In this document: piece after piece, positions 18,095-26,576 of the stretch
Numbering within the stretch: the first letter of the stretch is position 1
Layout: each line of letters starts with the position of its first letter
Origin: Bacteroidota bacterium
GTDB taxonomy: Bacteria; Bacteroidota; Ignavibacteria; Ignavibacteriales; SURF-24
DNA length: 64,000 bases
Reading direction: 5' to 3'
Assembly (NCBI GenBank): GCA_030706145.1
Contig: JAUZPB010000009.1
Location: forward strand, 2,781-66,780
The notes under the pieces: generated by a model
Told to the model about the DNA's origin: nothing
The model's input: only the letters and a program-made list of their open reading frames with translations
The model's database searches: none
Program-made: the position numbers and the translations under genes

Positions 18095-19495
18095 TCACAT
18101 ACTTAATTTGTGTCTATTAATAAAGACTCCTCCAAAATGGATCAAAGCTGCTATAATTAGCCCTATAATCATTGGTTCTACTTCATTGAAAGGCGCAATT
18201 GATGAAAACTTGTCTCTGATAAAAAGCCAAAGAAGACTGGAAAGAAATGACACAATTACTTCTATAACGGCAATCGTACTAGATACCCGGAATTTCGGAT
18301 AATAAGCCGATACTACAAGAAGTATTATTCCTGGAATGCAAACGGTTCCAATTGTATACCAAAGATCAATAACAGATGGAATAAAATAAGCAAGCGAAAT
18401 CGAAAGAATAGCCGTTAAGACAATACCCAGGTAAGTATAAGATTTTAAGCTTTTTTGTTGTCTCTGGTTATTAAGCTTAAAAAGAAAATCTTTACTAATG
18501 GTAGTAGCACTTAGGAAAAAGAAACTATTAGAAGTTGAAAGAATGGTGGCAAACATAGCTGCATAAAACAATCCCTTTAGTCCAGAGCCCAAAAGTTTTT
18601 CGGCAAGTAAAGGATAGGATAAGACAGGAGTTTGAAGTCCTGGCAAAGCAGCTCTTGAATACAATCCAACGCTCGTAGTAAGGAAATCAAACAAAGCCCA
18701 AAAGAAAACAGAGATTATTATTCCATTTCTTGCAACATTTCCGTTTTTGGCAGCATAGCATCTTTGATGAAATCCGGGATCTGTAAAAGTCCACAAGGCA
18801 ATAAGGAACCAGACCAAAATATAAGTATAAGAAACTCCTCCCGGGATCTTCAAATGATTAGCAGGAAGGTTGGCCTGTAAGTAAGAGAAATCTCCTAAAT
18901 TAAGGTAAGCAACAATTAGCGTTACAATAAATCCAGCAAACATAATGAAGAATTGGAAGGCATCGGCAAAAACATAGGATTTATAGCCGCCCTTAAAAAG
19001 ATATCCTGCCGAAAGAAATGATCCAAGGATCAAGCTCCAAAAAATATTGATATGAAAAACCAAAGATAATAAATTTGCAACCATAAGAAGATATGGAGCT
19101 GGAGAAACCAATACGAAAAGTAATCCCGCACAAAGAAGCGCTGTTTTAGATCCATATACTTTTTCGAGTTTGTCAGGGATCGTGTAGAGAGAGGCCTCAC
19201 GTATTTTTTTTGAAAAAAAGATGGCAAATAATATGGCAAATACATAATATGGCAGGCCTTGCGTAAACCAGCTTAACAGGCCAAATCTATAGGTGAATTC
19301 GCCTACCCCCAGAATTCCACCATACCAGGTAGCGACATTGGTCAAAATAAATAAAAACAGGCCGACTTTTCTCTCTGAAAGTAAAAATCCTTCTGTTGTA
19401 GCTGTGTCTTTTTTGCCGGGAATAAGGCCAATGGAAATTACAAATATAAAAAATGCAAGTATTATAAAAATGTCTAGAGAGCTTAAGGAGATCAT
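18095..19495 (-). CDS. Sodium:solute symporter (SSS) family transporter; candidate thiamine or thiamine-precursor carrier by context
   Basis: 466 aa with about 13 TM helices and SSS-like N-terminal segments (FLLSERKVGLF...NVATWYGGILGVGE). It is the last gene of the riboswitch-TBDR-TPK string. Confidence 0.82.
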   Translation of the reverse strand: MISLSSLDIFIILAFFIFVISIGLIPGKKDTATTEGFLLSERKVGLFLFILTNVATWYGGILGVGEFTYRFGLLSWFTQGLPYYVFAILFAIFFSKKIREASLYTIPDKLEKVYGSKTALLCAGLLFVLVSPAPYLLMVANLLSLVFHINIFWSLILGSFLSAGYLFKGGYKSYVFADAFQFFIMFAGFIVTLIVAYLNLGDFSYLQANLPANHLKIPGGVSYTYILVWFLIALWTFTDPGFHQRCYAAKNGNVARNGIIISVFFWALFDFLTTSVGLYSRAALPGLQTPVLSYPLLAEKLLGSGLKGLFYAAMFATILSTSNSFFFLSATTISKDFLFKLNNQRQQKSLKSYTYLGIVLTAILSISLAYFIPSVIDLWYTIGTVCIPGIILLVVSAYYPKFRVSSTIAVIEVIVSFLSSLLWLFIRDKFSSIAPFNEVEPMIIGLIIAALIHFGGVFINRHKLSM

Positions 19496-19579
19496 CTATT
19501 TTTTGTTTTTTGTAGTTATTATTAATAATGAATAATTAGTGTAATATTGAAGTAATCCAACTGAAAAAAAAGCCTTTTC

Positions 19580-20254
19580 TTAAATTTCTAACTGTTCCAT
19601 TAACTCTTTGTGATATCGCATTATAGTTTTAAGCTCCCTAATAACAAATATTCTTCCATTTTTTATCTTAAGCTCGACTTTAGTTCCTGTAGCCTGATTG
19701 CTTGTGCCCTCTCTTTTCCCGAATGAGAGAGGCTCATTATCAATTGGGTATTTTAGTCCCTCTGATGTTATTTTGGTTTTATCATCAAATCCATAGATAG
19801 AAATGATCTCACCTGGATGTGTGTCGAACATAGTATTTCCAGTGTGGACTGTAAGAATTGACATTTCCGTAACGATTATAATTGAAATAAATTCTGAGAA
19901 TCTTTTTGCTATTCCGAGATTGCCAAAGGAATGATCAAGCCTATCCCCAATTACGCCTAGAAGAGCACATTCGGTAAATTTATTTTTTATTGCGAATTTA
20001 AGACATTTTTCAACATCAGTATCGTCTTGTCTTTTGAATTTCTTAATAATAGTTTTATCTGAAAAATAATCCAGATTTTCCTTTGTTATAGAATCAAGGT
20101 CGCCAATAATATAATCTGGAATTAGATTTAGTTTTCTTGCATTGTTTGCTCCACCATCAGCAGCAATCAATACTTCAAAACCATGCTTTCTTAAAAAAGG
20201 AAAAAGGCTTTTCTTTGGAGAGTTACCATTTGCAAGAATAATACATTTTTTCAT
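19580..20254 (-). CDS. thiN: Thiamine pyrophosphokinase (thiamine diphosphokinase)
   Basis: 224 aa with ADGGAN, IIGDLDSI and QDDTDVEKCL catalytic-domain motifs, plus a C-terminal thiamine-binding beta-domain. Confidence 0.85.
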   Translation of the reverse strand: MKKCIILANGNSPKKSLFPFLRKHGFEVLIAADGGANNARKLNLIPDYIIGDLDSITKENLDYFSDKTIIKKFKRQDDTDVEKCLKFAIKNKFTECALLGVIGDRLDHSFGNLGIAKRFSEFISIIIVTEMSILTVHTGNTMFDTHPGEIISIYGFDDKTKITSEGLKYPIDNEPLSFGKREGTSNQATGTKVELKIKNGRIFVIRELKTIMRYHKELMEQLEI

Positions 20255-20403
20255 TTACTATAAATTCACTCTTTATAATGATTTTATGAAAATCCTAAAT
20301 ATGTTAATATACTTAACATGTTAAAATACTATAGAAATCCTTTATTGCAAAAGAAAAGCCTTTTTCTATTTGATAAAGAAATCAAATACTTAAATTAAAA
20401 TAG

Positions 20404-22899
20404 CTAGAGTCCTAGCTGAATTCCAGCCTGAAAATTTCTTTCTGCGGCTGGGAAGAATTCCCCTCCAATTGCATAGGCAGCATATAGTTTATCGAAAATA
20501 TTATTTACCTGTGCAAAGACTTTTATAGAATTTGAAGAGAGAATATTGTTTAGTTCATAGCTAAAAAATAAATCTGCCGTAAAATATGGGTCTACCTGAT
20601 TATCTTCATAACTAACAAATCCAGGATAGCTTCTAAGGTATTCTGCCAATTTGCTGTCGTAATTATCAGAATAGAATTTCCCTACATACTTCCCGCTTAA
20701 AATAGCGAGCACGCCATTGTGAGTAAATTTGACCTGAGCATTTAATAAGAAATCAGGGAAGCCAGCTATTTTGTTACCGCTCAGATCTAAAGCTTGAACG
20801 ATCTTTGGCTCTTCAGATGAAGGGCTGAACTTAATGAATGTTTGTCCTTTGTTAATATAATTTTTGCTAAGTGTTCCATTAAAACCTAACTGCAGATCTT
20901 CAAAAGCCTTGAAAACACCACTAAGTTCAATTCCGCTATGAATTGTTTGATCAACATTGCCAGTTATTGGTTGGCCAAAGCGGTCCAATTTACCATTTTT
21001 AACTATCTCATTCTTAAAGATCATATAAAAAAGATTTAGGCTTAATGACATTCTTTCTGTTGAGAAGGAAGTTCCAGCTTCAATATCATTCATAGTTTCA
21101 GGTTTTACAAGCGGGTCGTTGAAGTTATAGCTTCCATCAGAATTTTTTTGGAATTGTGGCTCTTCGCCACCACTTGATTCAGCTGCATCATAATAATTAT
21201 TTAATCTTGGCTCGCGGCTAACTCTTGCAAAAGACAAATAGACATTTTGAGACGGAGCAAGTTTATAATTAATTCCAATTCTGGGATTAAAGAAAGTGTT
21301 ATTTACTTTGAAGTCATTGCCCAGGTACTTCTCATTGTAAATCCTGTATTGATTATAGGAGACTTGCAATTCAGCAAGCAAATTGAGAAGATCAGTGAGA
21401 TTGTAATTTTCATTTGCAAAAAAGTTAATTATGTTCCTTGCTCCATTGTACTGATAATACCTGAAATTTTTATCAATACCATCTGGTAAATTGTCGGCAT
21501 AGTTAATACTTCCCCAATGAAGCGATCTGTGTGCCCTTAATTCAGAGCCGACTATAAGCTCACCATTTTGATGTTTTATGCTAATGCGTGGGATCCAGCC
21601 AAATTGTTTGTTATCGACCTGAGCTCTAACCAGTGCATTAGTAGGATTTGAGTTTGCATGAATACCATTTTCGCTTGTCAGCCTAAAATAAGATGTATCT
21701 GCCCAAGAAGCATCATAATCAAAAAAACCATTGCCAAGTACCATAAACAAAGCTGAGTTAAAGACCATATCCTTATTTATATTCCACTCATTAAGTAATT
21801 CGAAATGAGGCTGGGAGAAGTTTTCAATTTCCTCTGGTCTTCTTTGGACAACATAGTCATATTGTCCATTAGAAGCTCCCCAATCAGAATAATTTTGCTT
21901 TCTAAGTTCTTTATCACTTATAGCGAATTTGGGAAGTCCTGTGTAAGACAGTCCATCGGCAATAGGTCCGCCATAAAGATTTATCTGTGAAGTAAAATTA
22001 TTATCATATCTTACAGCAGAAACATGGTAGGCATTAAAATCACTCCATGCAGAATTGCGGTATCCGCTGCTTAGTGTTTTGGATAATTTTACATATAAAG
22101 AATACCTATTATCAATAAGTCCGCTTGCAAAACTTGCACTATACTTTCTTGTATTATAGTTTCCAAGGGAAGAAGAAAAATCAAATCTGGGTTTATCACT
22201 AAAAGAAGAAGTAATAATATTAATTGAACCACCAACAGAAGGGTAGCCTATTATTCCAGCTCCAGCTCCTCTTTGAACCTGAATTAGTTCAGTACTTGAG
22301 AGTATGTCTGGAAAATCAAGCCAATAAACGTTATGGTCTTCAGGATCATTTTGAGGAATGCCATTTACCGCAACGGATATGCGTCTTTGGTCAAAACCCC
22401 TTATGCTCAAATAGTTATATCCAACTCCATTGCCAGCTTCTGAATAAAATGTTGTACTTGGCAAGTTGCTAAGGTATTCGGGAATGTCCTGGTCTATATA
22501 ATTGCTTTGAATATCTTCACGTTTAATCTTAGAATATGCAAGGGGTGTTACGCCTTCTTTAGCAATTGAACCCGTAACAAGAACTGTTTGTGAAGAAAGT
22601 ATTTTGGGAACAAGTTTAATTACATTTGAACCCTGAGCGTTAAACTGTGAAAGTAAAACACTCTTGCTGTTAAAACCAATAAAAGAAATGACAGCAAGAT
22701 CACTGCCAGAAAAAGGTCCCGATAAAGTAAACTCCCCTTTTTCATTACAGGTAGTACCCAAATGTGCCGATTCAATGAAAATGTTAGCGTTAGTTAGTGG
22801 TTTGCCACTTTCAGAATCAACAACTTTACCTTTGAAAGTCAAGGATTGTGGGTAGATAATCCCGAAAAATAAGAACAAAAGAATAATTAAATATTTCAA
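20404..22899 (-). CDS. TonB-dependent outer-membrane receptor with an N-terminal carboxypeptidase-regulatory-like domain
   Basis: 831 aa with a TTG start 5 nt after GGAGGA, a signal peptide, a CarbopepD_reg-like segment (FKGKVVDSESGKPLTNANIF), a plug (ISVAVNGIPQNDPEDH), and a beta-barrel. Directly downstream of the TPP riboswitch. Confidence 0.88.
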   Translation of the reverse strand: MKYLIILLFLFFGIIYPQSLTFKGKVVDSESGKPLTNANIFIESAHLGTTCNEKGEFTLSGPFSGSDLAVISFIGFNSKSVLLSQFNAQGSNVIKLVPKILSSQTVLVTGSIAKEGVTPLAYSKIKREDIQSNYIDQDIPEYLSNLPSTTFYSEAGNGVGYNYLSIRGFDQRRISVAVNGIPQNDPEDHNVYWLDFPDILSSTELIQVQRGAGAGIIGYPSVGGSINIITSSFSDKPRFDFSSSLGNYNTRKYSASFASGLIDNRYSLYVKLSKTLSSGYRNSAWSDFNAYHVSAVRYDNNFTSQINLYGGPIADGLSYTGLPKFAISDKELRKQNYSDWGASNGQYDYVVQRRPEEIENFSQPHFELLNEWNINKDMVFNSALFMVLGNGFFDYDASWADTSYFRLTSENGIHANSNPTNALVRAQVDNKQFGWIPRISIKHQNGELIVGSELRAHRSLHWGSINYADNLPDGIDKNFRYYQYNGARNIINFFANENYNLTDLLNLLAELQVSYNQYRIYNEKYLGNDFKVNNTFFNPRIGINYKLAPSQNVYLSFARVSREPRLNNYYDAAESSGGEEPQFQKNSDGSYNFNDPLVKPETMNDIEAGTSFSTERMSLSLNLFYMIFKNEIVKNGKLDRFGQPITGNVDQTIHSGIELSGVFKAFEDLQLGFNGTLSKNYINKGQTFIKFSPSSEEPKIVQALDLSGNKIAGFPDFLLNAQVKFTHNGVLAILSGKYVGKFYSDNYDSKLAEYLRSYPGFVSYEDNQVDPYFTADLFFSYELNNILSSNSIKVFAQVNNIFDKLYAAYAIGGEFFPAAERNFQAGIQLGL

Positions 22900-22917
22900 T
22901 GTAATCCTCCATAGAAA

Positions 22918-22945
22918 TAAAAAAAGCCGTCATGAAAACGGCTTT
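22918..22945 (-). terminator. Intrinsic terminator serving as the expression platform of the TPP riboswitch
   Basis: The minus-strand RNA AAAGCCGU-UUUCAUG-ACGGCUUU is followed by a U-run (UUUUUUUAUUU) and lies between the aptamer and the RBS. Its 5' arm (CCGUUUUC) is complementary to the aptamer P1 3' strand (GGAAACGG), which offers an antiterminator alternative. Confidence 0.6.
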
Positions 22946-22965
22946 GAATATTTAATTATTCTTTT

Positions 22966-23051
22966 CCGTTTCCCTACGCTGGTATTATCCAGATCAGGTT
23001 TAGGGTATGATCTCAGTCGCGAAAAATAAATCAACGCAACACCCCTAACGG
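22966..23051 (-). promoter_or_regulatory. TPP (thiamine pyrophosphate, THI-box) riboswitch aptamer
   Basis: The minus strand reads CCGUUAGGGGUGUUGCG...CGACUGAGAUCAUACCCUAAACCUGAUCUGGAUAAUACCAGCGUAGGGAAACGG. The GGGGUG, CUGAGA and ACCUGAUCUGGAUAAUACCAGCG elements are conserved, and P1 is closed by CCGUU/AACGG. Confidence 0.9.
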
Positions 23052-23145
23052 CGGCTATAAAAAGTTACAAATTATTATATAAGAACACTAACCAAAAAAA
23101 TAAAACTAATTAATAAATAACAACACAATATTTATGGACAAATAT

Positions 23146-26100
23146 TTAGTCTTCAACCTTAATACTTTGTCCAGGCATAACTTTGTTACCTTTAATATGG
23201 TTTGCTTTCTTTAGGTCATTTACATCAACATTATATTTCTGAGCTATTGTATAAAGGGTCTCCCCTTTTTTTACAGTATGTGTAGCTGCTTTTTTGCTTG
23301 CTTTACTACTTTTAGCTACAGATTCTTTTTTACTTTTTGAAGCTTTTTTATCTATAACTTCATCTTCATCAGAAGCTTTCTTAGCTAAAGTTTCTTTTTT
23401 TGAACTCTTCTTAGCCAAAGCTTCCTTTTTATTCTTAGAAGCTTTCTTATCTATGACTTCATCTTCATCTGAAGCTTTCTTGGCCAAAGTTTCTTTCTTT
23501 GAATTCTTCTTAGCAAGAGCTTCCTTCTTATTTTTAGAAGATTTCTTATCTATAACTTCATCTTCATCAGAAGTTGCTTTTTTAGCAAGAGCTTCTTTCT
23601 TTTCAGCTGCAGTCTTCTTTGAAAGTGATTCTTTTTTATTCTTTGAAGACTTCTTCTCAACTACTTCATTATCTTCGCTGTTATCTGCAACTTTTAGTTT
23701 AGTTCCAGCTTTAACATTATTTCCTGAAATTTTGTTGAGTTTTTTCAGCTCTGAAACTGTCATACCATATTTGTCTGCTATTTTAGCTAAAGTTTCACCT
23801 TTTTTTACCTGATGAACTTCACTATCTACAGCTTTCTTAGATGAATTCTTTGAAGTTTTTTCATTTTTAGCGCTTCTTGATTTCGGCTCAGGCATACTAC
23901 CGGTCTCATCATCAGAATCGGAATATATCTTTATGCTTTTACCTGCTTTAATCTTATTCGAATTAAGTTTATTCCATTTCTTAATATTTGCAACAGATAC
24001 ATGATACTTATCTGCAATCATACCGATTGTTTCACCGGATTTGACGACATGGTTACGCAGGTTTGCAGGAGCTTTTGGTGTATTATCGCCTAATGCTACT
24101 GTAGTTTCGTTACCATAGATCTTAAGGTTAGTGCCAGCTACAATTGTTTTTCCGGAAAGATTATTCCATTTCTTCAATTGTGCAACTGAAACGCCATATC
24201 TATCAGCTATTTCGCCTATTGTATCACCATGTCTTATCTTATAACGGGTCAAACCACTTCTTTTGTAATTAGATTTTACATTTGAAGCAATCGAACGGGT
24301 ATTATCGATAGTCTGAATTTTAACCTTTGCTCCGGGGCGAACTTTTGTTCCACGAATACCATTCCACTGTCTTAATGAAGCAATACTTACTCTATATTTA
24401 GAAGCGATGCTTTTTAATGTTTCACCTTTCTTTACTTTATGAGAGACCCAAGCAATTGAAGGGCGTGAAGAGGAAGTAATCTTCATTGATTTCTTTTCAC
24501 TAGCAGTTTGGTTATCAAGACTTGCATAGTAATCTTTTTTATTCTGCGGAACATATATGTTCAGAGTCTGACCAACTTTAATTCTATCTGTATAAGCGAT
24601 ATTATTCCAGTTACGAAGGTCAGATGTCCTTATATCAAATAGATCAGCAATACCGTTAATATTATCGTTTTTCTTAACTGTATACTGAACTAAAGCTTTG
24701 CCTTCAGGTTTAATGACAACGTCTGATTTTTCTTCACTATCGCTAGTATTAGAATCACCAGCTTCATTATCATTTGCATTATCATCACTACTATTGTTGT
24801 CATTAGCAGCGACTGCAGTAGTAGCAGTAGATGGCTGCTGTTCAGTAGATGCAGGTGTAGAAGCATTAGCAGCAGGAGCCGAATTATTAGCAGCTGCAAC
24901 AGTACTGTTAATCGTAGTAGATTGAACAGTATATGGTGCCTGAGTGCTTCTTGTATCTGCAGTTTTGTCTACAGCAGGAGTAGTATCGGTATTAAATGCA
25001 ATGTCAGAAGCATTAAATCCAGATACAGGGATCTTCAAGGCAACGCCTTTATACAGCTTAGTATTTGTAGAAATACCGTTAACTTTTGCAAGATCCTTTG
25101 GAGAAATACCATATTTATGGGCAATTGAAGTAACAGTTTCCTTCTTCTTTACATAATGCATAGAAAACTGTACTTTTGCTTCATCAGGTACTTTTTGCAA
25201 GTTTGAAGCAAAAAGCGTAGCTGATCCTTTAGGTATTTTTAATTGGTATCCACCAGAATAGTTTTGTGGTGTACACATCTGAGTAAGCTCAGGATTCAAC
25301 TCCTGAAGGGCATCGTAGGTAGTTCCAGCACAGCTTGCCAGGACTTTCAAATCGATACAATCTTTGACAGAGAAAACATCATATTCCAAAGGTTTTTGGT
25401 ACATAACGTTTTCAAAGCCATATTTTTGAGGGTTTGCAGCAATAATTGAAAGAGCAATGAACTGTGGTACATACTCACGAGTTTCCCTAGGCATATAATC
25501 TCTTATTTCCCAGAATGAGCGTTTACCAGTTCTTTCAACGAGCCTTTGCATTTTGCCAGGGCCCCAGTTATAAGCAGCCATAGCAAGGTACCAATCACCA
25601 AACATACCATAAAGACTCTTTAAGTATTTTGCAGCTGCATGTGTTGCCTTTTCAGGGTCCCTTCTTTCGTCATAATAGAAGTCAATATTGAGACCATATA
25701 ATGGGCCAGTACCGGGCATAAATTGCCACATACCTACAGCTCTTGCTACAGAGCGGGCTGTTGGATTAACACCGCTTTCAACCATACTTAAAAAGACGAT
25801 TTGTGTTGGGATCTTTTCTTCCTGGAATATCTTTGCCATCATTGGGAAGTATTTTCCAGTTCGGGGTAACCATCTTTCGGTCAAATATCTAAATTTCCCT
25901 TTGCTATAAATATCAATCCATTGTTCGACATAGCTATTTATCTCTAAGGGAAAGTCAGAGACGATGACAACTTGTGATTTAGATTCTTTTACCTCGTTCT
26001 TGATCTTCAATTCAGGCAGGCTTTTTCCCATCCATTCTTGTAAAGCAGCAAATGAAACCCCTTCAGGGACTTCTGTCAAACCATCAACAAACTTCTGATA

Positions 26101-26424
26101 ATCCTCAGTAATAGATTTTTCTAATTGAGTATAAGCCTCATTTTCATCTATTTCAGGATAATAACTTAAATTATTAATGGTTCTTAAGGCTGCCTCATAG
26201 TAATTGATAGCTTCGGAAGTCGCGTTAATTTCTTGCTTAGCAAGAGCATTAACGTAGTTTTGACGGGCTTCCTCTAGCAGTTCATTTACAATGATAGTAG
26301 GCTTAGCGGCCGTTTTAGCAGTTTTGTTTGTTGATTTGTCATTACTGCTTACATTTGAAAGACTACACGCTGAAAAAAAACAAGACAGAGATATCAAACT
26401 TACATACAGGATAGTTCTCTTCAT
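23146..26424 (-). CDS. mltD: Membrane-bound lytic murein transglycosylase D-like lipoprotein with 7 LysM domains
   Basis: Start placed at MKRTILYVSLISLSCFFSAC (lipobox), not at the ORF-track ATG at 26484. SLT domain (MVESGVNPTARSVARAVGMWQFMPGTG). Seven LysM repeats (H.VKKGETL..IA.KY.vsv..Lkk.N). Low-complexity linkers. Confidence 0.88.
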   Translation of the reverse strand: MKRTILYVSLISLSCFFSACSLSNVSSNDKSTNKTAKTAAKPTIIVNELLEEARQNYVNALAKQEINATSEAINYYEAALRTINNLSYYPEIDENEAYTQLEKSITEDYQKFVDGLTEVPEGVSFAALQEWMGKSLPELKIKNEVKESKSQVVIVSDFPLEINSYVEQWIDIYSKGKFRYLTERWLPRTGKYFPMMAKIFQEEKIPTQIVFLSMVESGVNPTARSVARAVGMWQFMPGTGPLYGLNIDFYYDERRDPEKATHAAAKYLKSLYGMFGDWYLAMAAYNWGPGKMQRLVERTGKRSFWEIRDYMPRETREYVPQFIALSIIAANPQKYGFENVMYQKPLEYDVFSVKDCIDLKVLASCAGTTYDALQELNPELTQMCTPQNYSGGYQLKIPKGSATLFASNLQKVPDEAKVQFSMHYVKKKETVTSIAHKYGISPKDLAKVNGISTNTKLYKGVALKIPVSGFNASDIAFNTDTTPAVDKTADTRSTQAPYTVQSTTINSTVAAANNSAPAANASTPASTEQQPSTATTAVAANDNNSSDDNANDNEAGDSNTSDSEEKSDVVIKPEGKALVQYTVKKNDNINGIADLFDIRTSDLRNWNNIAYTDRIKVGQTLNIYVPQNKKDYYASLDNQTASEKKSMKITSSSRPSIAWVSHKVKKGETLKSIASKYRVSIASLRQWNGIRGTKVRPGAKVKIQTIDNTRSIASNVKSNYKRSGLTRYKIRHGDTIGEIADRYGVSVAQLKKWNNLSGKTIVAGTNLKIYGNETTVALGDNTPKAPANLRNHVVKSGETIGMIADKYHVSVANIKKWNKLNSNKIKAGKSIKIYSDSDDETGSMPEPKSRSAKNEKTSKNSSKKAVDSEVHQVKKGETLAKIADKYGMTVSELKKLNKISGNNVKAGTKLKVADNSEDNEVVEKKSSKNKKESLSKKTAAEKKEALAKKATSDEDEVIDKKSSKNKKEALAKKNSKKETLAKKASDEDEVIDKKASKNKKEALAKKSSKKETLAKKASDEDEVIDKKASKSKKESVAKSSKASKKAATHTVKKGETLYTIAQKYNVDVNDLKKANHIKGNKVMPGQSIKVED
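23320..23640. repeat. About 3 tandem copies of a 99-bp (33-aa) repeat inside the mltD-like gene
   Basis: TTATCTATAACTTCATCTTCATC recurs at 23348, 23447 and 23546 (period exactly 99 bp). It encodes ASDEDEVIDKKASKNKKEALAKKSSKKETLAKK units between LysM6 and LysM7. Confidence 0.85.
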
Positions 26425-26453
26425 TAGCACTCCGTATCTAGTGAAATTAGGTT

Positions 26454-26484
26454 CAAAATTAAATTCTAAAGTTGTTATTGTCAA
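26454..26484 (-). promoter_or_regulatory. Candidate FCB-type promoter for the mltD-like gene (TTGACA-N17-TAatTTTG)
   Basis: On the minus strand, TTG is at 26484-26482 and TAATTTTG at 26461-26454, with 20 nt between TTG and TA. It lies about 30 nt upstream of the lipoprotein ATG at 26424. Confidence 0.4.
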
Positions 26485-26576
26485 GCTAAAAGTTACTTAT
26501 TTCCTTATAAAATGATACTTTTTAATGTAAGTTCCCAAAATATTTTAGAAATACATGTATAAAGATACAAAAAAAA

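Noticed and set aside
23294-23812. 172-aa + strand ORF antisense to the mltD-like gene
   Set aside because: It lies exactly over the 99-bp tandem repeat and low-complexity Lys/Glu/Ser region. The antisense of AAG/GAA-rich repeats is stop-free by composition. Its product (FLAKVSFFE... repeats) has no protein-like features or RBS.
26425-26484. 20-aa N-terminal extension of the mltD-like ORF (MTITTLEFNF...) given in the ORF track
   Set aside because: The extension precedes a perfect lipoprotein signal peptide that starts at the internal ATG (26424), and it overlaps the promoter-like motif. The true start is most likely 26424. Similar reasoning applies to 36699-36803 (the NUDIX extension).
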